A DNA stretch of 64,000 nucleotides from Vicugna vicugna (Eukaryota). The position numbers were made by a program, and so were the translations under genes. Within the stretch, counting starts at the first letter, position 1. Every line of letters starts with the position of its first letter. The DNA is taken from the NCBI GenBank assembly GCA_013265495.1, contig MU058781.1, positions 10,583,009 through 10,647,008 on the forward strand, given 5' to 3'. The notes under the pieces are model-generated. The model worked only from the letters and a program-made list of their open reading frames with translations, was not told the DNA's origin and searched no databases. Below are positions 24,925 through 37,278 of the stretch, in pieces.

Positions 24925-25800
24925 ATGTATTCACTAAACATTTATGTATTGAGTACCTATGGTATGGCAGGGACTGTTCTAGGTTTTGGAGATAGAGCCA
25001 ACAACAAAACAGACAAAATCTCTGCCGTCATGAAAGTTGATTTCTACTCATGGAATAACTTAATAAAGGACAAAATCTATAATTCATTAGTAGGCTGTAT
25101 GTGCCAAAAAAAAAAAAGGAAAAGATAAAGCAGGTAGGAGGAGTTGGGAATGCCAGGGATGGGCAGGATGTTTTTAAAAATAAGGTGGTTAGAAAAAGTC
25201 TCTCTGCTATGATATTGTATTAGCAGAGACCAGAAGGAAGTGAAGAAAGGAATTTTTTGAGCTCTGGTTGAAAACAGTTTCTAGCACTAGAAACAGCAGT
25301 GCAAAAACTGGGAGGCTAGAGTATATCTGGCATGTTCAAAAATATCAAGAAATGACATGGGACTGGAAAGGAGTCGAGGAGAGAGAGAGAGAGGATTTGA
25401 AAGCAGAGTGAGGGTGGAGGCCAGATCAGATCATGCAGGACCTTTTAACCTCATGGTCATGATTTTGGTTTATACTCTAAGTGAGATGAGAAGCTCATTT
25501 GAAGAGTTTGAGTCAAGAATCAATACAATCTATTTTAACTGTCAAGTTGATGCTGTTGGTAACTGTATGGATTAGACGATAGAGCAAGAAAGTGCAGAAG
25601 TATGGGGGCCAGCTCAAAAGTCTTTTGTAACAGTTGAGACAAGAGATGATGGTGCCTGTGGTGATAACAGCAAAGGAGGGGAGAAGCAGTCAGATTCTGG
25701 GTGTGATCTGATAGGTTTTTCTAACCGATTAGGCAAAGGTGGGAGAGAAAGAGCAAAACCAAGGATGACTCTAGTTTTGGGCTCGACCAATGGCATGTCA
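24925..25800 (-). mobile_element. L2 LINE, 3' portion of about 0.9 kb
   Basis: Begins with attcactaaacatttatgtattgagtacctat...ggactgttctagg and continues with L2 motifs (gccagatcagatcatgcagg, gagaagcagtcagattctggg, aaggatgactctagttttggg). Confidence 0.85.
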
Positions 25801-25896
25801 GTCTCAGCCTATGGATGGTAATGTTCCCAGCTAGGAATGCCCGGGCCCATATTACACATGGTGAGCCCTCACAGACGTTTCCCCCACTGGGGCCGG

Positions 25897-26140
25897 TGTT
25901 GTGGTTCTTGTTCTGATTGCGAGAAGCACTTCAGCAAAAACTCATCTGGGAACTTGGAGGAACAGTCGTATTACTCACAGGTTCTGCAGGATACCTGGCA
26001 CGACTGAAAGTCATGTAGTGAACTCACAGGCAGAGAGAGGGATTGCAAACCTGGGGCTCTGCCTTAATTAGGCTGGGGGGATGAGAAGTCTGAGGTTTCT
26101 TAAGGTCACTTATTGGCTAATTTGAAGCATAAGAGAAGGA
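25897..26140 (-). mobile_element. ERV LTR fragment (ERVL-like, family uncertain)
   Basis: tgttgtggttcttgttctg...tattactcacagg...ggctctgccttaattagg has an LTR-like layout similar to 62040-62440. Confidence 0.4.
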
Positions 26141-26179
26141 ATTCTGAATAATATTTTAGTATCAGTTGACAATTATGCA

Positions 26180-26852
26180 TTGCTAGAATATGGAAATATG
26201 ATTGCCATCTTCAAATAGTGACCAAAACCTTTTTCTTCCTGATCTGTATGAATTTTATTTTGTTTTATTGCCTTGTTGTACTGGCTAGGATTCCACTAAC
26301 ATAAACACGAATGGGAGGAATGGACATCCTTAACTTGTTCTCTAAGAAAGACAGCATTCAAGCTTCCACCAATAAGCATTTTAGCCCTAGGGTTTCTGTA
26401 GATGCCTTTTATTGGACTGAGGGTGTCCCCTTCCATTCCAAATTTTCTGAGAGATTGTATAATGAATGAGTGTTGAGTTCTGTAAAATGTTTTTTCTGCA
26501 TCAATGGATATGGTCATGTGCTTTTGCTTCTTTTGAATCTTAATTTGTAGATTACTTTGTATGATTTTTAACATGTTGATACACCCTTGCATTCTCGGAA
26601 TAAGTTCCACTTGATATTAGTGTATTATCTGTGTTATATGTTATTAGATTCAATTTGCTAAGATTTTGTTGCTAATTTTTGTGTCTATGCTAATGAGGGA
26701 TATTGTTCTGTTGTTTTCCTACTGTCTTGGTCTGGTTTTGATATCAGAGTAATGTAGACCTTATAACATGAATTAGAAACTGACCCCTTCTCTTCTGTCT
26801 TCCTGAAGAAATTTAATGGAATTAGTGTTATTCTTTCTTTAAACATTTGGCA
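26180..26852 (-). mobile_element. L1 ORF2 (reverse transcriptase) fragment, degenerate
   Basis: ORF 26296-26610 (LIPRMQGCIN...KHMTISIDAEKTF...IKGIYRNPRA) aligns with L1 ORF2p FIPGMQGWFN...NHMIISIDAEKAFDK...IRAIYDKPTA. Confidence 0.92.
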
Positions 26853-27249
26853 TCAAAATGACTTCAACAGCCTCATGCCTGATTCTGCTTTGCCTGTATA
26901 CCTCCTCAATTCACTCTGCCAGAGTGGTCTTGTATGTTCAACATTAGTAGAAAAAAATTTGGCATGACTATGTTTTTAAAAACCATTCTGGCAGAATGAC
27001 TTGAGGAGGTGTACAAGCAAAGCAGAATCAGGAACAAGGGTATTGAAGTTATTTTCCTGAGAGATAAAACTGTCTTGGATAAGTTGCTAATACTAGGGAG
27101 GGGAATAGATAACTGTGTGAATATATACTGCCTAGAACACATTCTGGAACATAATACATAGTCAATCAATGTTAGTTTCTTCTCTATTTCCCCTTAGCTT
27201 AATTCTCCTGGAAATAAATATAAAGAAATCAGAGTAACCCTCTAGATTA

Positions 27250-27462
27250 CAGATTAGCAAACTATAGCCTAGGGGCTGCTTGCCTGGTTTTGTAAATAAA
27301 GTTTTATTGAGACACAGCTACACCCATTTTACATGTATTACCTATGGCTGTTTTTTTTTTTTTGCTACCACAGCAGAGTTCAGTTGCAACAGATAACCTA
27401 TGGCCCATGGGCCTAAAATATTTATTATCTAGTTCTTTATGAAGAGAAATATCATCTCTGCT
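27250..27462. mobile_element. MER58A-like hAT-Charlie DNA transposon
   Basis: gcaaactatagcc...gttttgtaaataaagttttattgagacacagc...cagcagagttcagttgcaacaga...cctaaaatatttattatctag. Confidence 0.85.
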
Positions 27463-28989
27463 GTAGATCTAAGTCTAAGGATGTGAATGATACAATTCTG
27501 GTAACTTATATGCAGTGGCTTTTAGCAGACATTTTCCCCCAGCGTCAGACCCAACATCACAGTTTCTCACAATGACATCCTCCAATCCACTCTCCCCGCC
27601 CCACCCTTGATTAAACATATTGTAGTTTACAACATTTTGTTACCTCTCTTATTCCTGTAGCCCACCCTGCCAAGGTATTAAATTTACAAACATCTTCCAA
27701 AGTTCCCTCTCTAAAAACTCTTCTACCTGGTCTCTTTCAAAGTGATATCATGTCTCCTTTTCTAATATTTTCACATTTTCCTTCTTCCTTTCCATTTCTA
27801 CTTCTATTTACCGTACGTACTCCAGAGCTTTATCAATTCAAATTTGGATTTTGGTAACAGATTGTTAGCTGGTTTCCTTGATCCCAGTCTCCTTTCCATC
27901 CCAACTATAATCGCTCTCTTTCCTTTCCACTAGATTTAAATTCAACTAGATAACATATATGAAATGTTCACCACTGTGCCTGAGTTTAGTAAGTGTTAGT
28001 TACTTCTATTATTCAGTTTAGCAAACAAATAGACAGCATTTCCTATAATAGAACCAGTCATTGCTTTGACTATAAGTATATGAGTACATATATTATATTT
28101 CATATGTTTATATTTATATACACACACACATATATTGGAGAGAGAGACAGACTGACAGACAGACAGACTGAGACTCTTAAACAGAAATTCACTGATTAGC
28201 TCCAAGGGCTTTGCATCCTCTGAAATGTGTGCATCTATCCACATATACATTTTCACTTTTCTGCATGAGTGGCCCCCAAACCTAACCCCAACCACAGCTG
28301 CAGTTTCAGACCCTAATCAGCACTTCTAGCTCTGACTCTAGCCCCAGCTTTCACCCTGCGTTTCAGCCCCAACCCTGAATCTCAAATCCCAAGTGGCTTC
28401 CTGCTTTAAGTCGTAGATTTTTGTCCATCATCTGTACGATCAGCCTTGACTCCCTATTCAACCTGATCTACTCATGACACTTCTCCCCACCACCAGTGAT
28501 GCCGGTTCCTTCCTCATTTGGTGCCCAGTCTCTCCCTGTCTCCTTTTCTTTGCTCATGCCTTTCCTCCAACCCTGAGTAGAACCATCTTTCTTCTCCCCT
28601 CTCTTCAAACCCAGTCTCTTCTGTGAGAGTGACATCAAGGTTTTACCTTCTCATAGAAATTTCTCTTACTTTAGGCAATACTGATCTTTCTTTTTTTTCC
28701 TTCTCTGGTGAAAATTCACCACTCATGTTAGGAGTATAATACTATTATTTATACACTGGTGAGAGGGCATGGGATACCTTGCCAGAGCGGGACTAAATAA
28801 TTGGGACTGATAAGTGAGAAAGGAAGTAAATATATAAAGGTAAGATGAGGAGCAAGAGTGATCATTTGCTTATGAACCCACAACTGACTTAACTGGTAGC
28901 TAGTTGTAGGCCAAAGAGAAGTATTATTCTATTATCCACTGTGCACATAACACTCTATGTGGAATCAAATAGTGGAGAAGCACTGAAAG

Positions 28990-29220
28990 TATTCTCTGTG
29001 CCAAGAGCTGAGGTAAACATATTACTTACATTGTATCATTTAAACCTCATGGTAACCCCATAATACGCCATTATTATTACTATTTTTACACCAGTTTAGC
29101 AGATGAGAGAACCAAGTCTTAAAGAAGAACTTAAGCAACGTCATACATTCAGTAAGTGGGGGGGGGGGCCAGGACTAAAATTCTAGGTTTTCTGACTTGA
29201 AAATCTGTGCTTTTAATCAT
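28990..29220 (-). mobile_element. MIR SINE
   Basis: tcatttaaacctcatggtaacccc...cagatgagagaaccaag...ctaggttttctgact. Confidence 0.75.
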
Positions 29221-32200
29221 GGAGTTTACTCATATACCTTTCCAGGATGGACAAATGATGGCAAAACTGCTTTCCATTCATACACTGGTTTTACTATAAT
29301 TCAAACAGTGATCTTTTAAGTTGGCCTAGAAACATCCTGATGCAGAGGTGTTCCATCTAAACAGAGATGTCCTAAGATGCTTGCTGAGGACTATCCTGAG
29401 TCCCATGGGCTTTGGAGATACGCTCTTGCCAGTTGTCCTCCCACAGAAAGCCCTTTTGCCACCTCTTATTATCCTGGATTCTACTGCCTATTAAATAGGG
29501 ACACTTCTGAATGGCTTGATTTTGTAGTATTTTGTTAATATGAAGGATTTCTGTTATGTTGACTATTTTCCAGTCTACTGCTCCTGGATGTAAGGAAAGA
29601 TGGAAAAGAGGAAAGATTTTCGAGGATGGCCCAGATCAATTCAAAAATATTCAGTATTCATGGAAAATACTAATTGCCAAAAAATGCTTCATGCTCACAA
29701 GAATAATATATGAATCCTTCAATTTGGTGAAACTTTCAAATCAACACTGAAGGAAAGAGAGGGAGGCTAGAAGTGGGAAAGATTATGAAAAGGAAGGATG
29801 AAAGGACTTTTGTGCTTTTGTTTTGCTTTGTTTTATCTATATGCCTAAGTAGAAAATATAGTCCCCTTGAGTTCATATGATAGCATCAAAAACCTTCCCT
29901 TTTTCAGCCACCTTCAAGGGGAGACAAGGAGAAGGCAGGATCTGCTTTGTGTGGAGGACTATTTTATTACTGACATTGTTTAGAGCTGCTGGTGCATGAT
30001 GATGATAAAAAAAACAGACCTATTTTTAGCAAGGTTTCCTATTGTTTCTAAATTCTTTGTAGAACAACGTACCCCCTTATTGCCTGCACAGGGGTAGCCC
30101 ACTCCCCCTAATCTTCCCACCATATGCCACTGCCTGTTTAACGCTGGAAGAGGTCAGGACCTCAATATCATGTCCAAGATTACTTGAACAGGCAGAACTA
30201 GATCTTCTGTGTTATACAGGGGATCTCAAGGGAGGCACATACAACAAAAGGGCCCCGTATAGGTAACGACTTAAAGGTATGGAATTCTGTAATATTAGGT
30301 ATAATATATTCCGTAATACTATATACATAAATTTTGAAAATCATTTAGAAATATTTAGAAATAATTTTCCATTGGAAATTCTAACATAAATGTCCTAAAA
30401 GGCCAGTATTTCTTTATAAGTCACACTATTACTGAGTCCACTTGACTCCAGACACTAGAATATATGGAAACATCATTGGTGAAGGGTACAAGACAAGGGT
30501 AATTGCATATTTCTCTTATTAGAATGATTCATAGAATTTAGGGAGAGAGAATGTGAACATGGCAACACCTCCCAACCCCACGCACTGTTTCTGATCAAAA
30601 TTAATGAGTTGTGATCAAGTTGGATAAATGAGTAGTTAGCTAATTAAAAAAATTTTTTTTCACTGTTCCAAGTTGGAAAACACATCTACTTAAAGTTCAC
30701 TAACTCCATCCAAGAAACTGTCAGCCAGGATTATCAGGATGGCCTCTCAAGACTTGACCCATTGCCCGGGAGTCCAATGCATAACCTTCATCTCCGTGGT
30801 AAAACAACATCTATAAATAATGCATTAAGCATTTTCACATGCAGGCTGAGTAACATTCTGCATATTTGCTCATGAATTCACGCTGCTCCTTATGATGCTG
30901 CTTCAGTTTTCCGTGCAGTAACCTTTAAAAGGAGATTACATGCTTTCTTTAAAATGAGAGCAGAGTACCTAAGAATTCCAGTATAAAGCCTAGGGCTGTG
31001 AACTGTGAGAGGGAAAAAATAATGTTCCTGTAACAGCAAGTTAAATGTTTCACAAGTTTGTTTCCATAAAAACATTTTTACCTTTTTACTACTTTGTGTG
31101 CAAAGTGAATTTGTGGAATCAGAGTAGGGCCGTTTCTGGCATATGTTTTTCTCGGATGGCTCCCCCTTAGTAGGGCACTCTCGGGCTCTGGGTTAGCTGG
31201 CCAAGAATATTTTACAGAAACTGGATTTGTCTCCCTCCAAATCCTCAGCAGATCTCCAGGTTTACACAAACACAATGAAAAGGGGTCTTCATTGTACCAG
31301 GAGCTTTTGCTTTGGTTTTGTTTTCCTTCCAATCACTCTACTCGCTGTTAATGGCCAATACACATAGGGCTCTGAGCTTGCATCTGATGGTTTCTGTCTA
31401 GAAAATCCAGGTTAATGTTGCATAAAAGCATAGTCAATCTGCTGGAAGAAGCATAGGATTTGAAAAAGCACAAGCCACTGGCAGGGCTGAATTCGTTTCT
31501 TTCCCTCAGAAATATACTTTTACCTTCCCACCAAAGCTTAGATTTTTGGTCCAACAAATTTCCTTTTGTAATTAAACTATATCTGAAAAACAGTAACAAA
31601 CAAAGAAATAAACCATAGGATCTACCCCCACCCTCCTCGAAAAAACCCCACAGCTCCTGAGTTTTCAATATCATTTAACGTATTTTTTTTCCTCACCAGC
31701 TTTAATTGTATATCAGCTTTTCTGAATGAACCTTGTACAAAATGAACGGATTTTTTATTTGCATGTTTTATTCCATATTATTTTGGACAAGAAAAGGTTG
31801 TGTGTGGGGGCAGGGGAGATGGAAAATGGACTCCCAAACTGGGGTATTACTGCCATCTAGTGTGATGTACTGTAACCCGAAAGGGAAGGAGAAGGGTATC
31901 TGTGAGACAGTCTTATTTGAAATTGGAGAGTTTAGGGAGAGGGAGGGAAGAAATATCCTCCCCCTCACCAGCGCATTCACCATGTAATGAATCCCTTTGC
32001 TACCAAAGCATTAGTATGTGGTCAAACAATACAAAGTAGTCCATTTCTTCCAGCAAAATGGAAAAACTCTGGTCCATTTTAAAAGCAAGTTCTTTATGAG
32101 AAGGCACATCCCAACTGTAAAGATTGTTAAACTGCAGGAATGACTTATTCAAGGGAGAAAGGTTCACATCCTTTGAAAACAGTCCAGATACTCATAGGTC

Positions 32201-33399
32201 CACAGCTTTTTGTAAGGATGCTCACTTTTGCACACAGTCAGGCAGACAGTTTTGACGGCATGCTAGTTTCCTTTCAAGCCCTCTGATTATATGAAATGAA
32301 AATAATGCTTGTCATTCACACCCCTAAGAGATTCATAATATATTTTTTGCTAACAGGTATATGATATTGGTGAAGACTCGCTGTATAGGATTCTAAAAGT
32401 TAAACCTAACCACAAGACATAGGACAGGATACATGAAACCCTGGCTAAATATTTTTATCTATTTTTGCTGCCCATGGTACAAGAATATACACAAAAAGAC
32501 AGAAAGATGAGGGAAGAAACACTGTCCTTCTGTAGCCTGTTATAATTCTCCTTCCTTTATAAAATTTTGTCCAGTTCTGATACAGATCCAATCAGGTATT
32601 AGCTGGTGCCTTTGTGGCTGGTCCCCAGAACCAATTCTACTCATCATAGGACAATTCTTCCATTCTTTATTTTACTAACTATAATGCCCCCCAACCCCAC
32701 TAACATACACTCACATCTCCCCACCCTATCCTATAGCGGTCTGTGACCTTATAAGCTAAGGACTTTGTTCCCCTGGTTATATTAGAAACTTACGACTCTA
32801 AAAGCTCAAAAGGCAGGAATCTGCAGAGATACGAGGGCTAATATGGAGAATCATAAGTGTGCAAGCTAAGCTCAGAGGAATTTTAAGTCATTACCTATGT
32901 CAAAATTACCTGGGACTGCAGGGTATTTTTACTGGTTGAAAAAGTGATCTGTAGCTCCAGGTATCTTCAATTTAAAAAAACCCAAAAAACCCACTTGTAT
33001 TCCATACTGGGCCCAGAAATGCTGAAGCAGGATATAACATTGCCAGCCACACTCCTGGTAGAGAAAATGTTTCCAGGAGGACATGCTGACATCATAGCCG
33101 AGACTGGCAGAATCTCCGACTTCTCAGGCCATCTTTTAGACAGAAAAATGTCTAAAAGACAGAAAAATGGGATTGTTTTCAAGTTTTTGTAGCCACCTAT
33201 GTTTCAGAGGGGAATTCAGATAAATTTTCTGTCGGTGTTCTCTGCCTTTGAAACAGGAAAGTAGAGGCAGGGGGAGCTACCTAGTGAAAGGGAACATACA
33301 CATATTGGGGAGTGAGATTAATGCGTATTTGATAACATGCGTAAAAATCAGGGATCAGATTTAACTAGTTATGAATATTATTTATAGAACTGATATCAA

Positions 33400-33495
33400 G
33401 ATTTATGCATGACTGGGACATTATGCTGTACACCAGAAATGGACACATTGTAACTGACTATACTTCAATTAAAAAAATAAATAAAATAAAAAACA
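33400..33495 (+). mobile_element. Camelid L1 3' end, short
   Basis: tatgcatgactgggacattatgctgtacaccagaaatggacacattgtaactgactatacttcaatt plus an A-rich tail; nearly the reverse complement of the element at 5291; 5' boundary uncertain. Confidence 0.85.
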
Positions 33496-34479
33496 GACAA
33501 ATTAAAAGATTAAGTTCCCTTTCATCTGACAAGGAGAGAGAGGTAAAAATAGAACCATGCATCTTGGGTCCATGTAACCTAACAATCTGTCCCTTGTTTA
33601 GATTCAACTATAATATATAGTTCAATATGAAGGTAAATCTGTAAATTCAACATTAAGCATAGATCAGAAGCCCATAACATCTTACTCCTAGTTACCACGG
33701 GGTTAAAGTCTACCTGTTTCATCAGAGACCCTCTAATTGAAATCTGAGATTCCCTGGAAAAAACCTAGCCCTTGTCTTCTAGTGCCAAAGCCCAGATTCC
33801 CTGTTTCCTTGCCTCATTTTTCCTGCTGTTCTGTATTTGTCCGTGTGTAACTGACATGAATAATGCTGCAACCTGGAGAATACACAGCCCTCTGGTAAGG
33901 CACTCACCTAGCTTTTCTAGGATTAATCACAGACTAAAACCTTAAATAACATGCTGATATATTAACTCCATTAAAATCTAATTCAGTGGCAATAACTTTT
34001 AGAAAGGCAACAAAGTGCTTATAAAGAACAAAGTGAGAGAAGACTTTAAAAAAAAGTTGAGTCCATGCACTGACTGAAGGTAAATCAGAATTAAAGACAA
34101 GAGTATGAATTAAAAGAAACCAGGCTAGAGTCCCAACCCTTGCTACAAACTCATATATTTTTGCAAGGCTTACCTTTGATTCTATGCATATATACCTAAG
34201 TAATACTGATGCGCTCTTAGCTGATGAAAGGCTTTCAAATGTTAGGGTGCCCAATTCAGTATTTAAGAGTTGCAGTAAAACACCCAGAAGATTCCATTTC
34301 TTCTTTCAAGGACCCTACAAAAGAGTTTCATGGTGGGTATTCACTAATCGATTCCTTGGAACCCTTTTCTACATGGAGGGCACCCTTCTAGACGGGGTCA
34401 TGAAGGAGTGAAGAAAATAGACCGTGTCCTAGCTCTCATAAAAGTTGCAGGGATAAAGAATACAAGAAATAGCATTGGA

Positions 34480-34732
34480 AAAGACCCCGAGGCAACAGAG
34501 ACCAAGGCAAGAAGGCAAGATGGGAAGATGATGCCCCAAGGCAGATGGAGAAGACAGCCATCTACTAGGCAAAGAGAGAGGCCTGGACCAGGTTCTTTCC
34601 TGCCAGCCTTTAGAAGAAACCAGCACTGCTGATACCCTGATCTCGAACTTCTAGTCCCAGAACTGCAAGATGTTACATTTGTGCTGTTCAAGCCACTCAT
34701 TCTGTAGAACTCCATTACAGCAGCCTTAGATT
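34480..34732 (+). mobile_element. MLT1 (ERVL-MaLR) LTR
   Basis: agaagacagccatctac...agagaggcctgg...gaaaccagcactgctgatacc...ttctagtcccagaactgcaaga...ttcaagccactc...ttacagcagcc. Confidence 0.85.
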
Positions 34733-35347
34733 GGACCTGGTATTTGATGCATGGAATACAGACTAAGACCATATCAGTCACCTGGGGAAAGGCATTTCAG
34801 GAGTCTAGGATAGGATGAGCAACAGTACTAAGTAGGAAGTCGTGGAGGACTTGTGAGGACTCAAGATGACCAGAAATGCTACCCGCGTCATTTCTATATC
34901 CCAAAGTTGCCCCTCCTGTGGCTTTAATCCTGATTTCACACGAGACAGAAAACCTTCAATCCCAAATTGTTTCCCACTGGAAAGTGCCGCCCCTTCTCCC
35001 TGCCACATACACACACACATTCAAATTTGGCATTTAAAATAGTTTGGGACACAGACAAAAACAAAAGTGAAAAAAGAAACGGATGAGATATTTCTGCAAA
35101 GGTTTTTTTCCTCCCCTTATATATGGCATTTGGCTAGATGTAGTTAATGCCAAGCTTCAAAATAAAAAATGGGAAATTCCGTAAAATAGGCAGTATTTTA
35201 TTTCATTTAGCTGCTCCCTCTGTTTTGGCATTTCATCAAGAAACAAAAGTTAACATAAATATTAAATGTAGCAAATTTGCAAAACTAGAATACTGTACTC
35301 TTTTGGTCCTGCAAATTGCCTATGCCTCTGTGTGTGCATGTGCACTT

Positions 35348-35372
35348 TGTGTGTGTGTGTGTGTGTGTGTGT
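35348..35372. repeat. (TG)n microsatellite
   Basis: Read directly from the sequence. Confidence 0.95.
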
Positions 35373-35449
35373 ATAAACCTGCACTAATTTTCCCTGGTCT
35401 GATTAATTTTGTCTGTGATACTATCAATTCCCAGTTTGTAACTCTGCTG

Positions 35450-35660
35450 CACCATGAGGTGAAAGAGCATTTGTGTAAGACTCAAACATGGTAACTCGAG
35501 TTCTCACTGTACCAGTCACTAACACTGTGATTCGGAGCTAGTTCTTTTCTTCTGAATCTCAGTTACTTCATCTGTATAAGTATGAATTTAAAATCCCCAT
35601 TCTGCTTATCCTAAAAGTTTATTGTGAGATCCAGATGGTATTCTGTAATTGAAAGCATTG
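35450..35660 (+). mobile_element. MIR SINE
   Basis: cactaacactgtgattcgg...ctgaatctcagttacttcatctgtataag...gtttattgtgagat. Confidence 0.7.
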
Positions 35661-36339
35661 AGTAATAGCAATACTGCGATATTGATAGCAAGTCACAGGG
35701 TCACTCTCCTTTAGATGTGTATTAAAAAATGCTGCCAGTTTCCATTTTCAAGGAGCTGTGCATTTCAATATCCTTCTTTTTGATGGTATCAGAACCATTG
35801 TTTGTGCTCAGCTCTGTGTTCTTCAAGAAATGTCAAGAAGTGAAATTAAAAAAAGCATGATCTTGATACGTAGAGTGCTCCATTCTATTCAGGAGGGAGG
35901 GGATCAGTAGCTTTCGGTAAGTACCAGAAAGCTCCATATTTATCAAAAACAAAAACAAAACAGAAAACAACTCACCAGTGTTTTATACATTCAAGAATAC
36001 CTGTTACTTGACATCACTGCTCCTCCCAGGGAAGGTGTGAGTACCAGGCAGAGGGAAGACAGTAGTATCAACCTGATTGGATATTCCACCACATGCAAAC
36101 AGGAAAGGTGAGGTGTGTCCCCTGCCCCAAGATAGAAGCCATAATATTTATTTGAAATGGATGGAATGTAAAGAAAATGGCCAGAGACAAATCCTTCATC
36201 AACACTCAAAGCTGTTCCTTGCCCAGCTTCCCCCTTCTTGGTCATTGTCACCTCTTATACTCAATTACTCAAGCCAGAGATCTCAAAGTGCTTCTTAGCA
36301 CTCTCTCCTCCTTTACCTGACAGGTTTAGTGTATCTCTC

Positions 36340-37070
36340 CAAGCTGTTGATTTAATCTCAAAACCATGTCTTCATCTATCTCCTGCTGTCTATCTCCAAG
36401 CCACTGTTGTGGTCTACGTCCAAGCCACCATCATGTCTCACCTGAACTGCTGAAGCAGCCTCTTAACTGACTTTTTGGTCCTACTCTTGCCTCTCTAGGA
36501 GCAGTTCACCACATGACAGCAAGGATGATTTTTTAAAATATACATCAGATTATGTCACGTCCTTCTTAAAATCTGCAAAGGCAGCCTCCAAATCATAACC
36601 ACAGCTCCCAAGCCCTCAGTGGCTCATGATAAAGCCCTGCCTGTCTTTGCTTATTACTCACAGTGATACAGCCACACTGGCCTCCTTTGTCCTTTCAGAC
36701 CCAACCTCCTGCTGGCCTTATGGGTCCTGGACTTCCTATTCCCTTTGCTTTAAATGCTTTTTTCCTTTATGCATCTTTGTGAGATGGGATCTTTCCTGTG
36801 ATTTCTAGTTTCAGTTCAAAAGCCATTTCCTCAGAAAGACCTTCCTCATGATCTCAAGTAGTCCCCTGTCCCAACTCTCATTCAGTCTCTATTATATCAT
36901 TTAATTTTATTATCTTTAAAGTTCTTATTAGGTTAAAGTTTCTTGTTTATGAAGATGCTTATCATTTATCATTCTCCTCATTAAATCCCCTCCCCACCCC
37001 TGCAGCATACTAGAAATTAAGTTGCACAAGAACAAGGTCCTTTGCTTTCCTGTCTCCTGTCTTGCTCCTG
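36340..37070 (+). mobile_element. L2 fragment
   Basis: gtccaagccaccatcatgtctcacctgaactgctgaagcagcctcttaactg...tcagattatgtcac...gccacactggcctcctt. Confidence 0.85.
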
Positions 37071-37102
37071 ATATGCTGATGCATAAATGGAAAGACCAAT
37101 GT

Positions 37103-37278
37103 AAATAGATAAACAACAAGTTTCTACTGTGGAACTCAGAGAACTATATTCAATATCTTTTAGTAGCCTAAAAATATGAAAACAAATTATGTATGTATTT
37201 GTATAACTGAAACATTGTGCTCTACACCAGAAATTGACACAACATTGTAAACTGACTATACTTCAATTAAAAAAAGAA
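37103..37278 (+). mobile_element. Camelid/cetartiodactyl L1 3' end
   Basis: aaatagataaacaacaag...gaactatattcaatatctt...ctacaccagaaattgacacaacattgtaaactgactatacttcaatt plus poly-A. Confidence 0.88.
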
